NCBI GenBank assembly: GCA_025355955.1
Contig: JANXYP010000346.1
Coordinates: forward strand, 3,945-67,944
Length of the DNA: 64,000 nt
Reading direction: 5' to 3'
DNA from: Chloroflexota bacterium
GTDB lineage: Bacteria; Chloroflexota; Chloroflexia; QHBQ01
Shown here: in pieces, positions 1 to 8,912 of the stretch
Position numbering within the stretch: the stretch's first letter is position 1
Layout: the number at the start of each line of letters is the position of its first letter
Notes under the pieces: generated by a model
Seen by the model: only the letters and a program-made list of their open reading frames with translations
The model's database searches: none
What the model was told of the DNA's origin: nothing
Position numbers and translations under genes: made by a program

Positions 1-1376
1 CGGGCGGCCAGCGAGATGTTGGTCACCAGCATCTCGTAGTCGTGACCAGCAGCGTAGACTTCCAGGCTCACAATCTTCTTCATTCCCTTTAGCTGGTCAA
101 TAGCAAGCAGGTTAGAGATTTCGATATGCACCCACTGGCCGCCTTGAATCTGTTCGCTGGTACCAGGCTTAACCGGAGGGCCTCCCGCTTGTGGGGAGAC
201 GAAGTAGTAGCCATACTCCCAGGCCGATGCGACATTGTTGTCGCTGTTCTCATAGGTCAGCTTGAAGATGATCGGAAACTCGCTGCTGGCAACACCGCCA
301 CCGGGCAGACCCTGGGCGAGCAGCTTGACATCGGCAGAGAGCTGCAATGTGCCGCCAGAGAGATAAGGGGACAGGTCGCGGTTCATCCTCTGGCCGAGGG
401 CAACGGAGGCATAATCTGTGGTATTGCAGCAGCGGTAAAAATGGGCGACGTGTTCAGAACGGGTATAAACCAAGGTATCGCTAATCGTCGCCACGCCATT
501 TATCGCCCCGCCATCGCCACCCTGACTGTATTGCACCGGCCCCCAATTGGAGTTGTCCTGACTGATTTCGCCCACGCCATCCTTGGCGAAATTGCCGTCA
601 ACAAGGAACTCATCCCAGGCGGCGGCAAGGCTGGGCTGGCCGCCAAAGCCAACCGTCGCCATCTGGTCGAGGCCAACCGGCACCGCGCTGGATGGCCCCG
701 GTAGGGCGCTTACCTGCACGCTGCCGTGCTGCACCATCGCTCGGCTGTAGGGCTGGTTGGTGTTGGGGTCGGTAGCGGTGGAGATACGCACGGTGCTATA
801 GGGATCAATCGAAACGCTGGCAACTGGCTGGCTGGTATCGGTGGCGGTATTGACCACTACCTGGCTGCTATGGTAGCCATTGCCGGTTACCTGTGGCACC
901 CCGACAATGATGATGCTGCCCTGGCGCGGATCGGTGTTGGGCAGCGGCTGCTGGGTAATAATCACGCTCACATGGTCTCTGCTGAAGCGGCTGGCCTTGA
1001 TCTGGTTGATGGTAAGCTGGCTATTGGGGAAGATATGGATCATGCTACCATCTGGGAAGGCAATGTCAGCCTGGGTGTCCGCGCCGGTGCGGATGCTGTC
1101 ACCCTCGTTCACCTGCGTGGTGGTACTGAAGGGAACGGTGAAGCGGGCGCTGCTTACTGTCTTGATAGTCAAGTCGCTGCCCGTATTGCGCTGCACTGTG
1201 GCGCTGAGGCTGGTGGTCGCGTTGTCATAGATAAAGCTGCCAAGCTGGAAGATGCCGTAGATGAGCAGACAAAAGAGGGCAAAGCTGGACAACAACACCA
1301 CCCAGGCGATGAGGCGCTGGCGCTGGGCGGCACGTTGCGCGGATTGGGGTTCGGTTAGTTGATCTACTGCGCTCAA
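1..1376 (-). CDS. FecR-domain-like single-pass membrane protein (C-terminus runs off the left window edge)
   Basis: Not in the ORF track because there is no stop inside the window. My hand translation of the minus strand from TTG 1376-1374 stays open to position 1. That TTG overlaps the TGA of acyP as TTGA. The product has a TM helix (LIAWVVLLSSFALFCLLIYGIF) followed by VNEGDSIRTGADTQADIAFPDGSMIHIFPNSQLTINQ, a FecR-type pattern. The + strand ORFs 126..704 and 726..1358 look like its antisense shadows. Confidence 0.5.
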   Translation of the reverse strand, partial: MSAVDQLTEPQSAQRAAQRQRLIAWVVLLSSFALFCLLIYGIFQLGSFIYDNATTSLSATVQRNTGSDLTIKTVSSARFTVPFSTTTQVNEGDSIRTGADTQADIAFPDGSMIHIFPNSQLTINQIKASRFSRDHVSVIITQQPLPNTDPRQGSIIIVGVPQVTGNGYHSSQVVVNTATDTSQPVASVSIDPYSTVRISTATDPNTNQPYSRAMVQHGSVQVSALPGPSSAVPVGLDQMATVGFGGQPSLAAAWDEFLVDGNFAKDGVGEISQDNSNWGPVQYSQGGDGGAINGVATISDTLVYTRSEHVAHFYRCCNTTDYASVALGQRMNRDLSPYLSGGTLQLSADVKLLAQGLPGGGVASSEFPIIFKLTYENSDNNVASAWEYGYYFVSPQAGGPPVKPGTSEQIQGGQWVHIEISNLLAIDQLKGMKKIVSLEVYAAGHDYEMLVTNISLAA

Positions 1377-1669
1377 TGTCTCACCTCGAAGGCGGGGAAC
1401 TCGCCGAAGCGGCCCCACTCTAGCTGCACATTGTGGACGCGGGCGGCGGGCGGCCCTGTGTATAGCTGGCGCAGCAGCGCGTCAAGTGCGAGGCGAGGGC
1501 CGCTGGCAACCACCTCGACCTCGCTGCCGTTCTCCCAGTCTTCCGCGCCAGGGAGGTTACGCACGTAGCCACGCAAACTGAGGGCGTGGGCGTGGTCGGC
1601 GACGAACATCCGAAAGCCCACCCCATGCACCCGCCCGCTGATAATTGCGCGGAACTGCTCCTCATTCAT
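1373..1669 (-). CDS. acyP: Acylphosphatase
   Basis: 98-aa ORF. ISGRVHGVGFRMF fits the acylphosphatase signature [LIV]-x-G-x-V-[QH]-G-V-x-F-R, and the size is typical of the family. Confidence 0.9.
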   Translation of the reverse strand: MNEEQFRAIISGRVHGVGFRMFVADHAHALSLRGYVRNLPGAEDWENGSEVEVVASGPRLALDALLRQLYTGPPAARVHNVQLEWGRFGEFPAFEVRH

Positions 1670-1730
1670 AACGAACGAATCCTTGTTATGGTGTCAAGCG
1701 TTCGGCAGCTATTATACCAGATCATGGGGA

Positions 1731-1761
1731 TTGCAGTTTGCAGTTTGCAGATTGCAGATTG
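1731..1761. repeat. Heptamer array TGCAGTT/TGCAGAT x4
   Basis: Upstream of the acyP start. There are no stop triplets on either strand. Confidence 0.85.
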
Positions 1762-1851
1762 GAGTAGCGATCGAGTGGTGGGGTAACGGTGGGTCGCCGA
1801 TGTGACCTTGTTACTCATGCCTGATTGCCCGATAAACGAAGTTGTGATGTT

Positions 1852-2099
1852 CTCCCCTCCCGCCGGGAGGGGTTGGGGGTGGGTCTGTGCTGCACAACTC
1901 GCACCATCCCCTACCCCTCCCGGCGGAAGGGGGAACTTCGCGGGGGTATCTACAGCGTTGGCGCGGGCCTGCACAACTCGCACCCTCCCCCTACCCCTCC
2001 GGGCGGGAGGGGAAACTTCGCGGGTATCTACAGCGTTGGCGCGGGTCTGCGCGACTAGCACCCTCCCCTACCCATCCCGATGGGTGGGGAAACTACACC
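1852..2099. repeat. Tandem repeat with a period of about 78-79 bp (about 3.5 units); each unit carries a CCCCTCC...GGAGGGG hairpin
   Basis: Units start at about 1852 (partial), 1905, 1984 and 2062. They share the core CTACCCCTCCSGGCGGRAGGGGRAACTTCGCGGG.TATCTACAGCGTTGGCGCGGG.CTGC. Confidence 0.8.
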
Positions 2100-2130
2100 T
2101 CCACCATCAAGACGCGGTTAATACCGCTAC

Positions 2131-2158
2131 TCATACCTCATGCCTCATGCCTCACGCC
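2131..2158 (-). repeat. Heptamer array (minus strand GGC(A/G)TGA) x4 at the tgt stop
   Basis: The tgt TGA (2154-2152) is the first of four TGAs spaced 7 nt apart on the minus strand, so all three frames are closed. Confidence 0.85.
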
Positions 2159-3414
2159 TTTCGTTGGATGCTGGCGATGCGGGCGGCGCGTTGGGCGGCA
2201 TCGGCGGCACGGTCAGCCACTTTGTAGTCGGCGAGGAAGGCAGCGCGGAGGGTGGCGAACTCGCCCGCGATCAGGGCAGCGCGAATCTCCTTCGCCAGAT
2301 TGACCATGAAATAGACGTTATGGATGCTGTTCAGACGGTAGGCGAGTAGCTCCTCGGCGCGGTAGAGATGGTTGAGGTAGGCGAGGCTGAAGTTGCGGCA
2401 GGTGTAGCAGGCGCAGCCCTCTTCGATGGGGCGGTCAGCCAGGGCGTAGCGGGTACTCTTGATCGGGATGCGCCCCTGTCGGGTCAGCAGTGCGCCGTTG
2501 CGGGCGAGGCGGGTGGGCAGCACGCAGTCGAACATATCTACCCCCCGTGCGATGCACTCGAACAGGTCTTCGGGACTACCCACGCCCATCAGGTAGCGCG
2601 GCTTGGATGCGGGCAGCAGGGGAGTGGTTTGCTCCAGCACGGTGTGCATCTGCTCCTTACTCTCACCAACACTGAGGCCGCCGATGGCATAGCCAGGGAG
2701 GTCGAGCGCAGCCAGTGCCGCCGCCGACTCGGCACGCAGGTCGAGGAAGGTTGCGCCTTGCACGATGCCGAACAGCATGGGGGCGGGGTTGGGCCAGTCG
2801 TTGCGCTGTTGGCGCAGTTCGCTGAAGGCGGCCAGGCATTGCGCCGCCCAGCGGTGGGTGCGCCCCAGCGCGGCGACATTGTAGGCGTGGTCGCTATCGG
2901 CGGGCGTACACTCGTCCAGGGTCATGATGATGTCCGCGCCGAGCAAAAGTTCGGCACGCATCACCGTATGCGGGGTGAAGGTGTGGCGGCTGCCGTCGAG
3001 GTGACTGCTGAATATGACCCCATCAGCGGTCAGCTTACGCCGATCAGCGAGGCTGAACACCTGGAAGCCGCCACTATCGGTCAGCAATGGGCGATCCCAG
3101 CGCATAAAGCGGTGCAACCCGCCCAGCGCGGCCACCGTCTCCACGCTGGGGCGCAGGTAGAGGTGATAGGTGTTGGCAAGGATGATCTGTGCGCCAAGGT
3201 CGCGCAGATCGTCAGGAGCCAAAGCCTTGACTGTGGCCTGGGTGCCAACCGGCATGAACACGGGGGTTTCGACCACGCCGTGCGCGGTGTGCAGCGTACC
3301 CCAGCGGGCCATGCTGCCGCTAGTGTCGCAGCCTTGCAGGGTGAAGCCAGGCGAGTGCTGAGTGCTGAGTGCTGAGTGCTGAGTAACGACTGCCACAGAT
3401 GTATATCCCACCAT
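2152..3414 (-). CDS. tgt: Queuine tRNA-ribosyltransferase
   Basis: Classic Tgt blocks are present: HGVVETPVFMPVGTQATVK, ILANTYHLYLRP, LTDSGGFQVFSL, YAIGGLSVGE and the zinc site CACYTC...H. The start is uncertain. The conserved first strand (FTLQG) lies downstream of a GAGTGCT heptamer array, so the array is inside the ORF (start at ATG 3414 or GTG 3411/3396). Confidence 0.93.
   Translation of the reverse strand: MVGYTSVAVVTQHSALSTQHSPGFTLQGCDTSGSMARWGTLHTAHGVVETPVFMPVGTQATVKALAPDDLRDLGAQIILANTYHLYLRPSVETVAALGGLHRFMRWDRPLLTDSGGFQVFSLADRRKLTADGVIFSSHLDGSRHTFTPHTVMRAELLLGADIIMTLDECTPADSDHAYNVAALGRTHRWAAQCLAAFSELRQQRNDWPNPAPMLFGIVQGATFLDLRAESAAALAALDLPGYAIGGLSVGESKEQMHTVLEQTTPLLPASKPRYLMGVGSPEDLFECIARGVDMFDCVLPTRLARNGALLTRQGRIPIKSTRYALADRPIEEGCACYTCRNFSLAYLNHLYRAEELLAYRLNSIHNVYFMVNLAKEIRAALIAGEFATLRAAFLADYKVADRAADAAQRAARIASIQRKA
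3353..3384. repeat. Heptamer array GAGTGCT x4.6 inside the 5' end of the tgt ORF
   Basis: On the coding (minus) strand it reads AGCACTC with no stops and encodes TQHSALSTQHS. Confidence 0.85.
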
Positions 3415-3505
3415 AATATTAATTCAATTGGCGAAACAGCAAAGTCGGCCTTGTTGAAGTTGCCGCAGGGCGGGCCACCGCCCGCCCCTACGTTTATGGC
3501 CTTCC

Positions 3506-3548
3506 AAAAACGAAGCAGCCCGCAGGAGATCGCTCCGGGGGCTGCTGG
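3506..3548 (-). terminator. Rho-independent terminator candidate downstream of csp
   Basis: On the minus strand, the stem GCAGCCC...GGGCTGC is followed by TTCGTTTTT. Confidence 0.5.
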
Positions 3549-3601
3549 CTGGCCTTGCGGCCAAAGAGTAGGGGCAAAGGGGTATGGCCCCTGTTGATTG
3601 C

Positions 3602-3868
3602 TTAGTAGTTGTCCTGGTAGCCGTTGCCTTGCTGGGCCTCGTAGCCACCACCGGCAGGCGCAGCGCCGACTGGCGTAACGTTGACTGCCTGCTGGCCCTT
3701 TGGCCCCTGCACCAGTTCGAACTCGACCGCCTGGCCTTCGGCGAGGGTCTTGAAACCGTTGCTCTGGATGGCGGAGTAATGAACGAACACGTCGCCGCCA
3801 TTCGGCTGGCTGATGAAGCCGTAACCCTTGGCATCGTTGAACCACTTAACCGTACCTGAGATCCGCAT
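3602..3868 (-). CDS. Cold-shock domain protein (CspA family) with a Gly/Gln/Tyr-rich tail
   Basis: 88 aa. Has the RNP1 motif KGYGFI and the RNP2 motif VFVHYS of the cold-shock domain, plus a C-terminal extension of about 20 aa. Confidence 0.93.
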   Translation of the reverse strand: MRISGTVKWFNDAKGYGFISQPNGGDVFVHYSAIQSNGFKTLAEGQAVEFELVQGPKGQQAVNVTPVGAAPAGGGYEAQQGNGYQDNY

Positions 3869-4106
3869 AATTGTAATGCCTTTTCCTTTCGTATAAAAAC
3901 GTGCGAGCGTCTGCCGCCATAGCGAGGCTATGGTAGAACCAGTTGACGCAGTTTGGCCCAGGGTTGGAGGGTTATAACATGGTCACGGGCTTTGCGGCAG
4001 CAAAGCGAGTAAATCGCAGCGGGAATACGGGCGGGAGTACGGGGGGTGTTGACGACTGCCCTGCAACTTGCCTTACCCAAATCTACAATCTTACTGCTTC
4101 GGCGTA

Positions 4107-4135
4107 AGTATACGGTATGTTCGTGGCTTTGTCAA
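4107..4135 (-). promoter_or_regulatory. Sigma-70-type promoter for the cold-shock gene (TTGACA-17-TATACT)
   Basis: On the minus strand, TTGACA (4135-4130), a 17-nt spacer and TATACT (4112-4107). This predicts a 5' UTR of about 230 nt before the csp ATG at 3868. Confidence 0.55.
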
Positions 4136-4172
4136 GATATTTGAGCTAAACTGAGCTAGACAGGGCGCTTCA

Positions 4173-5111
4173 TTACATCATCCCCTCCTGAGCCTGCAAA
4201 CTCTTTTCCTCTATCTGCAACGTAGCGTGATCGATTCCGTACCTCTGGTGCAGCATATCGCGCACATCGCAAAGGGTGCCGTGGGCGTTATAGCCGGGGG
4301 TGTGCTTGTCCACCAGAATGTGCGCGCTAAGGGCTTCCACCCCGGAGGTGATGGTCCAGGCGTGCAGGTCATGCACCTCGCGCACGCAAGGCATGGCGCG
4401 GATGTCAGCTTCCATTTGGGTCAGGTCCAGCCGCGCCGGGGTGGCTTCGAGCAGCACGTCGACCGCCTCGCGCAGCAGCGTCCAGGTGCGGGGCAGGATG
4501 AATAGAGCAATGGCGACGCTGAAGATGGGGTCGGCGTAGTACCAGCCGCTAAACAGCATAACCAGGCCTGCCACCAATGCGCCCGCGCTGCCCAGCGCGT
4601 CGCTGACCACCTCGTAGAACGCGCCCTTCATGTTCAGACTTTCGCTGGAGGCGCTCATCAGCAGCCGAACATTGAACAGGTTGATACTGAGGCCTACCGC
4701 TGCTACCACCATCATCAACCCGCTCTGCACCGCTTCTGGCTGGCGGAGGCGTTGCCACGCCTCGAACAAAATGTAGCCGCTGAGGGCGAATAGGATGATG
4801 CCGTTCGCCAATGCAGCCAGGATTTCCAGCCGATAGTAACCGTAGGTTTTCTGGCGCGTGGCAGGCCGCTCGGCGAACCAGATCGCCAGCAAGGCCATAC
4901 CCTCGCCAAACACATCGGTGAGCATATGGATGGAGTCAGCGAACAGAGTCAGCGAGTTTGCCAGCCAACTGCCGAGCAGTTCGGCGAGGAATATAGTTGC
5001 GGTCAGAACCAGCACCAGCTTTAGCCTGCGCTTGTTGCGCCCTGCGCCGCTGGCGAAGTGGTTGTGGCTATGTGGCTGCTGGGCCATCACATTTTTGCCG
5101 ATCTCGCTCAT
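4173..5111 (-). CDS. Cation diffusion facilitator (CzcD/ZitB-like) metal efflux transporter
   Basis: 312 aa. His-rich N-terminus (HSHNH), six hydrophobic helices, the HMLTD motif in TM2, and a C-terminal cytoplasmic domain (LHAWTITSG...) typical of CDF proteins. An RBS-like GGGGAGAG lies upstream. Confidence 0.88.
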   Translation of the reverse strand: MSEIGKNVMAQQPHSHNHFASGAGRNKRRLKLVLVLTATIFLAELLGSWLANSLTLFADSIHMLTDVFGEGMALLAIWFAERPATRQKTYGYYRLEILAALANGIILFALSGYILFEAWQRLRQPEAVQSGLMMVVAAVGLSINLFNVRLLMSASSESLNMKGAFYEVVSDALGSAGALVAGLVMLFSGWYYADPIFSVAIALFILPRTWTLLREAVDVLLEATPARLDLTQMEADIRAMPCVREVHDLHAWTITSGVEALSAHILVDKHTPGYNAHGTLCDVRDMLHQRYGIDHATLQIEEKSLQAQEGMM

Positions 5112-5220
5112 TTACCTGTCTCTCCCCTATTCCGCTATGCCAATTCTACCCATGTAATTATACAGGCAACCGCCGTGTCGCTTCAAGATTGTTGATATAC
5201 GGTATCACAAACGACGATGG

Positions 5221-5320
5221 GCGTGCGTCACGTTCTTGCATACCCAACCAGGGCGAACAACGGTTCGCCCCTGCTGAACCCTTGCTCCGCAAGAACGTGA
5301 CGCGCACCCAACCACGGCAC
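5221..5320. repeat. Nested-palindrome element of about 99 bp (inverted copy of the 36153-36350 units), MITE-like
   Basis: Outer arms GCGTCACGTTCTTGC / GCAAGAACGTGACGC (15 bp, perfect) flank the inner REP hairpin GGGCGAACAACGGTTCGCCC. It aligns by eye over its whole length to the reverse complement of the 36.2-kb units. Confidence 0.75.
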
Positions 5321-5325
5321 GGACG

Positions 5326-5354
5326 TTTACATAAATGCAGCACGGTGGTATAAT
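5326..5354 (+). promoter_or_regulatory. Extended -10 promoter upstream of the TPR gene (TTTACA-17-TGgTATAAT)
   Basis: TTTACA at 5326-5331, a 17-nt spacer ending in TGG, and TATAAT at 5349-5354. Confidence 0.45.
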
Positions 5355-5368
5355 GTTGTCAACGATTA

Positions 5369-5470
5369 CCTCTCACCCTACCCTCTCCCGCAAGGCGAGA
5401 GGGGATAAGGCGATACCCTACCCTCTCCCACAAAGGGAGAGACCCTACCCTCTCACACGGACGAGGGAAT
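5369..5470. repeat. Three tandem copies of the CCCTACCCTCTCCC-loop-GGGAGAGG hairpin family
   Basis: ACCCTACCCTCTCCCGCAAGGCGAGAGGGG, ACCCTACCCTCTCCCACAAAGGGAGAGA and CCCTACCCTCTCACACGGACGAGGG. Other members lie at 20441-20480, 25650-25695, 55028-55062 and 59543-59587. Confidence 0.8.
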
Positions 5471-5489
5471 ACACTGAGGAAAGCCACCC

Positions 5490-8390
5490 ATGCCCTTCGC
5501 ACGCCGCTGGAGCATCCGCAACCTACTTACCGCCCTGGTGGTATTCGTCATCCTGCTGGCGGCGATGGTGATTGTCCTCAACCTGCTGGGGGTAAATGCG
5601 GCACTCATCTTCGCGCTGAAGATAATTATCGCCATCGGCCTGCTGGTGGTATGGGTGGCACTGAACATCCCGCCGCCGCGCCCACCCAGCGGCAACTTCG
5701 TGCTGGCGGTGCCGGAGTTTGGCGAACAGGTTCATGACTTGAGCAAGCCAACCGCACGGGGCGAGGCGTTCACCATCCGCCCGGTGCCGCGCAGCCTGCT
5801 CGAGGAGCTTAACCTGGAGTTCGATCTACGCAGCCTGCTCAACTTCACCCACCTGCTGCAACGCCAGCCTGTGCCACAGCCACAACCCGCTGGTGTCGGT
5901 GCAGCGGTGGTCGCGCTGCCAACCCGCCAGCTCCGCCCCAGTGAACTGACCACCACCCGCATTAGCGACAGTGTGCTGCCGCCCGCGCCGCTAGCTATCG
6001 CCACACCGCCCACCGATGCCCGCGAACTCACTGACCGCCTATATGAGCGCATTACCGCGCAGTTCCGTGAAGCGGACGCGCCGGACGCAGCGATTGGCCT
6101 TGCCCCCTTCGCCGCCAGCGAGGCTGAAGCGCTGGGCCGCGCCCGTGCGATGAAAGCGACCGCGTTGCTCTGGGGCTGGTTGAAGAGTAATGGTAAGCGC
6201 GAACGCTACTTCCACCCCATCTTCCAGATTATCCGCCCGATCGAGGGGCAACTGCTTGGCGACCGTGAGGAAATGCGGTTGGCCGGTCTCAGCCAGGTCA
6301 ACATCAGCGACCAACGGGCCTCGCGCCCTAACACCCTGCTCTTCCTCATCAGTGGGCTGGCTTGCTATGCGGGGCGCGACTTCGTTCAAGCGGTCAGCGA
6401 GTTCAAGATGGCGCTGATTAGCGCGATTATCGCCGCCGACGATGACCGGGCCGCGCTGATGGATCAGGCGATTGCCCGTTTCTACCTCGCCAACTGTTAC
6501 TATCTGACTGGCGAGATCGCCGCCGCCGAGCATGAATATCAGCTTGCCGCCAAGGCCGATCCGCTAATGGCTGAGGCGTACCAAAACCTGGGTATTGTGC
6601 AGCGGGCGCAGGGCAGGCTCGACGAGGCCGCCCGCAATCTGCAAGCGGCGGTGCGCCTCAGCCCCAGCGGGGTGTCCGCCCTGTACGACCTGGGCATCGT
6701 CTACATCAACCAGAACCAACCCGCCCGCGCCCGCGCCGCCTTCCAGAAGGCGCTGACCACAGTGGTCGTTACCAGCGAAGGTCCCCGCCAGACGGGGCCG
6801 CTAGCACTGGCCACCGCCCGCGAACTGGCCTCCGCGCATCGTGGTCTGGCGCTTGCCTTCCGCGCCGAGGGCAACCCAACCCAGGCGCTGGGCCATCTGC
6901 AAGAAGCGCTCAAGGCATATCCGCAGTACGCGGCGGTGCATATGGATATGGCCGCCATCTACCACGAGCAGGGCGAGAACGAGCGAGCCGAGCGCGAATT
7001 GCAAGCCGCGCTGGAGGTCGCCCCCAACATGGCCGAGGCTCACTACAATCTGGGCCTGATCTACCGCGCCGAGGGTCGGGTCGATGCCGCCGCCGACCAG
7101 TTCCGCGCTGCGATTCAGATTAAGCCCGACTTCGCTGAAGCCCACTACGATCTGGGCTTGCTATATAAGAGCCAGGGGCAACTCGACCTCGCGGTGCGCC
7201 AGTTCAAGGAAGCAACCACCATCCAGCCCGCCGATGCCGAGACCTTCATCAATCTGGGGTTGGGCCACAAGGATGAGGGCAACCTGAACGAAGCGGCGCA
7301 GCAGTTCCGCCAGGCCATCAGCCTGGAGCCGAACAACGCCGAGGCCCACCACCAGCTTGCCAGCGTCTACCAGGCCAGCGGCGACCCCGGCGCGGCAATC
7401 ACCGAGTACGAAGCCGCGCTCAAGCTCAACCCCGGCCTGATCAATGCCTACCACCAACTGGCGATTATCTACAAGGGGCGCAAGCAGTATGATGCGGCGA
7501 TCGTCCAGTTGCAGCAGGCGATCAAACTGAACCGCCGCGATGCCTACGCCTACTACCTGATGGGAACGGTATATGTGACCCAGCGCCAACTCGATCAGGC
7601 GTTTGAGGCGTTCCGCATCGCACTCACCTACAACCCTGAGCTGGCCGAGGCCCATTACAATCTGGGTGTGGTACTGACCAGTCGCGGGCGGCAGGCCGAG
7701 GCGGTAGCCGAGTTCCAGCAGGTGATCCGGCTCAAACCCGATGACCCCCAGGCGTACTTCGTGCTGGGCATCGCCCTGCGCGACTTGCAGCGTTACGATG
7801 AGGCCGCCGACGCGCTTGCCAACGCCGCCCGCCTCAACCCCGACTGGCCTGAAGCACGCTACAATCTGGGCCGCGTCTACCTCGCCGCTGGCAAGCCGGA
7901 GATGGCAATGGGCGAATTGCTAGATACCTTGCGCCTGCAACCAGACAACGACAAGGCTCGTTACCAGCTTGCGGCTGCCTACGCGGGCGCAGGGCGCATC
8001 AGCAGCGCCATCGAAACCTTCATCGAATTGCTGCGCCATGATCCCAACAACGCCGAGGCGTACTACAACCTGGGTATTGCCTATACCGGCCTGGGTCAGA
8101 ATGAGAACGCGGCCCGCAGCTTCTATCAGGCGGTGCGCCTGCGCCCCGGCGACGCAGAAGCCTGTAACAGCCTGGGCATTGCGCTGAAGACGCTGGGGCG
8201 GGTGGACGAGGCGATTGCATCCTTCAAGCAGGCCATCGTCCTCAACCCCGCCTACGCCCAGGCCCACTACAACCTGGGCCAGGCATACACCGCGATCAAC
8301 TCTGTATCGCAGGCGATCGAGGAGTTCCGCAAGTACGAGGAGCTGGGCGGCAAGATTGGGCGGTTACGCACGCCGAATGGTAAATGTTGA
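5490..8390 (+). CDS. Membrane-anchored tetratricopeptide (TPR) repeat protein
   Basis: 966 aa. Two N-terminal TM helices are followed by about 17 consecutive 34-aa TPR units with the pattern AEAHYNLG..Y...G..DEA...F..A..L.P. GAGGAAAG RBS before the ATG. The last codons and the stop lie inside a heptamer array. Confidence 0.85.
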   Translation: MPFARRWSIRNLLTALVVFVILLAAMVIVLNLLGVNAALIFALKIIIAIGLLVVWVALNIPPPRPPSGNFVLAVPEFGEQVHDLSKPTARGEAFTIRPVPRSLLEELNLEFDLRSLLNFTHLLQRQPVPQPQPAGVGAAVVALPTRQLRPSELTTTRISDSVLPPAPLAIATPPTDARELTDRLYERITAQFREADAPDAAIGLAPFAASEAEALGRARAMKATALLWGWLKSNGKRERYFHPIFQIIRPIEGQLLGDREEMRLAGLSQVNISDQRASRPNTLLFLISGLACYAGRDFVQAVSEFKMALISAIIAADDDRAALMDQAIARFYLANCYYLTGEIAAAEHEYQLAAKADPLMAEAYQNLGIVQRAQGRLDEAARNLQAAVRLSPSGVSALYDLGIVYINQNQPARARAAFQKALTTVVVTSEGPRQTGPLALATARELASAHRGLALAFRAEGNPTQALGHLQEALKAYPQYAAVHMDMAAIYHEQGENERAERELQAALEVAPNMAEAHYNLGLIYRAEGRVDAAADQFRAAIQIKPDFAEAHYDLGLLYKSQGQLDLAVRQFKEATTIQPADAETFINLGLGHKDEGNLNEAAQQFRQAISLEPNNAEAHHQLASVYQASGDPGAAITEYEAALKLNPGLINAYHQLAIIYKGRKQYDAAIVQLQQAIKLNRRDAYAYYLMGTVYVTQRQLDQAFEAFRIALTYNPELAEAHYNLGVVLTSRGRQAEAVAEFQQVIRLKPDDPQAYFVLGIALRDLQRYDEAADALANAARLNPDWPEARYNLGRVYLAAGKPEMAMGELLDTLRLQPDNDKARYQLAAAYAGAGRISSAIETFIELLRHDPNNAEAYYNLGIAYTGLGQNENAARSFYQAVRLRPGDAEACNSLGIALKTLGRVDEAIASFKQAIVLNPAYAQAHYNLGQAYTAINSVSQAIEEFRKYEELGGKIGRLRTPNGKC

Positions 8391-8416
8391 ATGGTAAATG
8401 TTGAATGGTAAATGGG
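8375..8416 (+). repeat. Heptamer-pair array GAATGGT-AAATGTT x3 at the TPR gene stop
   Basis: The real stop (8388-8390) is inside the array. TGA and TAA recur in the other frames. Confidence 0.85.
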
Positions 8417-8440
8417 TGCGGGCTGAGGTGCAACCCAATC

Positions 8441-8830
8441 GTTGCAGCGCATCAAGGCTTATCGCTGGCAATAACGTCGCCAAGTTACCGGGGGTTGGGG
8501 CCGCAGGCCCGATCGCTGCAGCGCATCAAGGCTTATCGCGGGTCGGTTAGCCAACGGATTGTAAAAACGGATAAACGGATTGTGGTTGGCGTAGGGGCGG
8601 GCGGTGGCCCGCCCTGATGCAGCGCCTCAATGCTTATCGCAACCGTCAATGTTGGCGTAGGCGGGTCTGCGACCCGACCGCTGAACCGCATCAACGCTTA
8701 TCGCTGGCAATAACATCGCCAAGTTACCGGGGGCTGGGGCCGCAGGCCCGATCGCTGCAGCGACACTATGCCCATCGAATAGGATGGAAGCTAGCATCGT
8801 TGCGATGCGATAAGCGTCGTGGTGAGGCGG
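8441..8830. repeat. Mosaic of short dispersed repeats (23-bp TGCAGCGCATCAAGGCTTATCGC motif x4-5, a duplicated 50-bp block, REP hairpins)
   Basis: The 23-mer occurs at 8441, 8514, 8615 (variant) and 8684 (partial), with an inverted fragment near 8800. The blocks 8464-8513 and 8703-8751 are near-identical. A REP hairpin lies at 8589-8614. Confidence 0.75.
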
Positions 8831-8912
8831 CAACTGGGGGCGTACCCCCAGACCCCCTGTAAACCTTCCGCCGCCCGCAACTTTGAACCATACTACTATT
8901 CAACATGAAACC

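Noticed and set aside
1666-2303. Pro/Gly/Arg-rich ORFs (1666..2061 minus; 1802..2227 and 1887..2303 plus)
   Set aside because: They are translations of the 78-bp hairpin tandem repeat and of heptamer arrays. The repetitive PLP...GGEGN-type sequence is an artefact of repeat DNA.
126-3375. Plus-strand ORFs 126..704, 726..1358 and 2368..3375
   Set aside because: They are antisense to the FecR-like gene and to tgt. They have no RBS or motifs and show typical GC-rich shadow composition.
8441-8760. Possible CRISPR array (23-bp repeats with 46-78-bp intervals)
   Set aside because: The spacing is irregular. Two of the would-be spacers are near-identical to each other and others contain genome-wide REP hairpins. 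The repeat is degenerate and there are no cas genes in the window.
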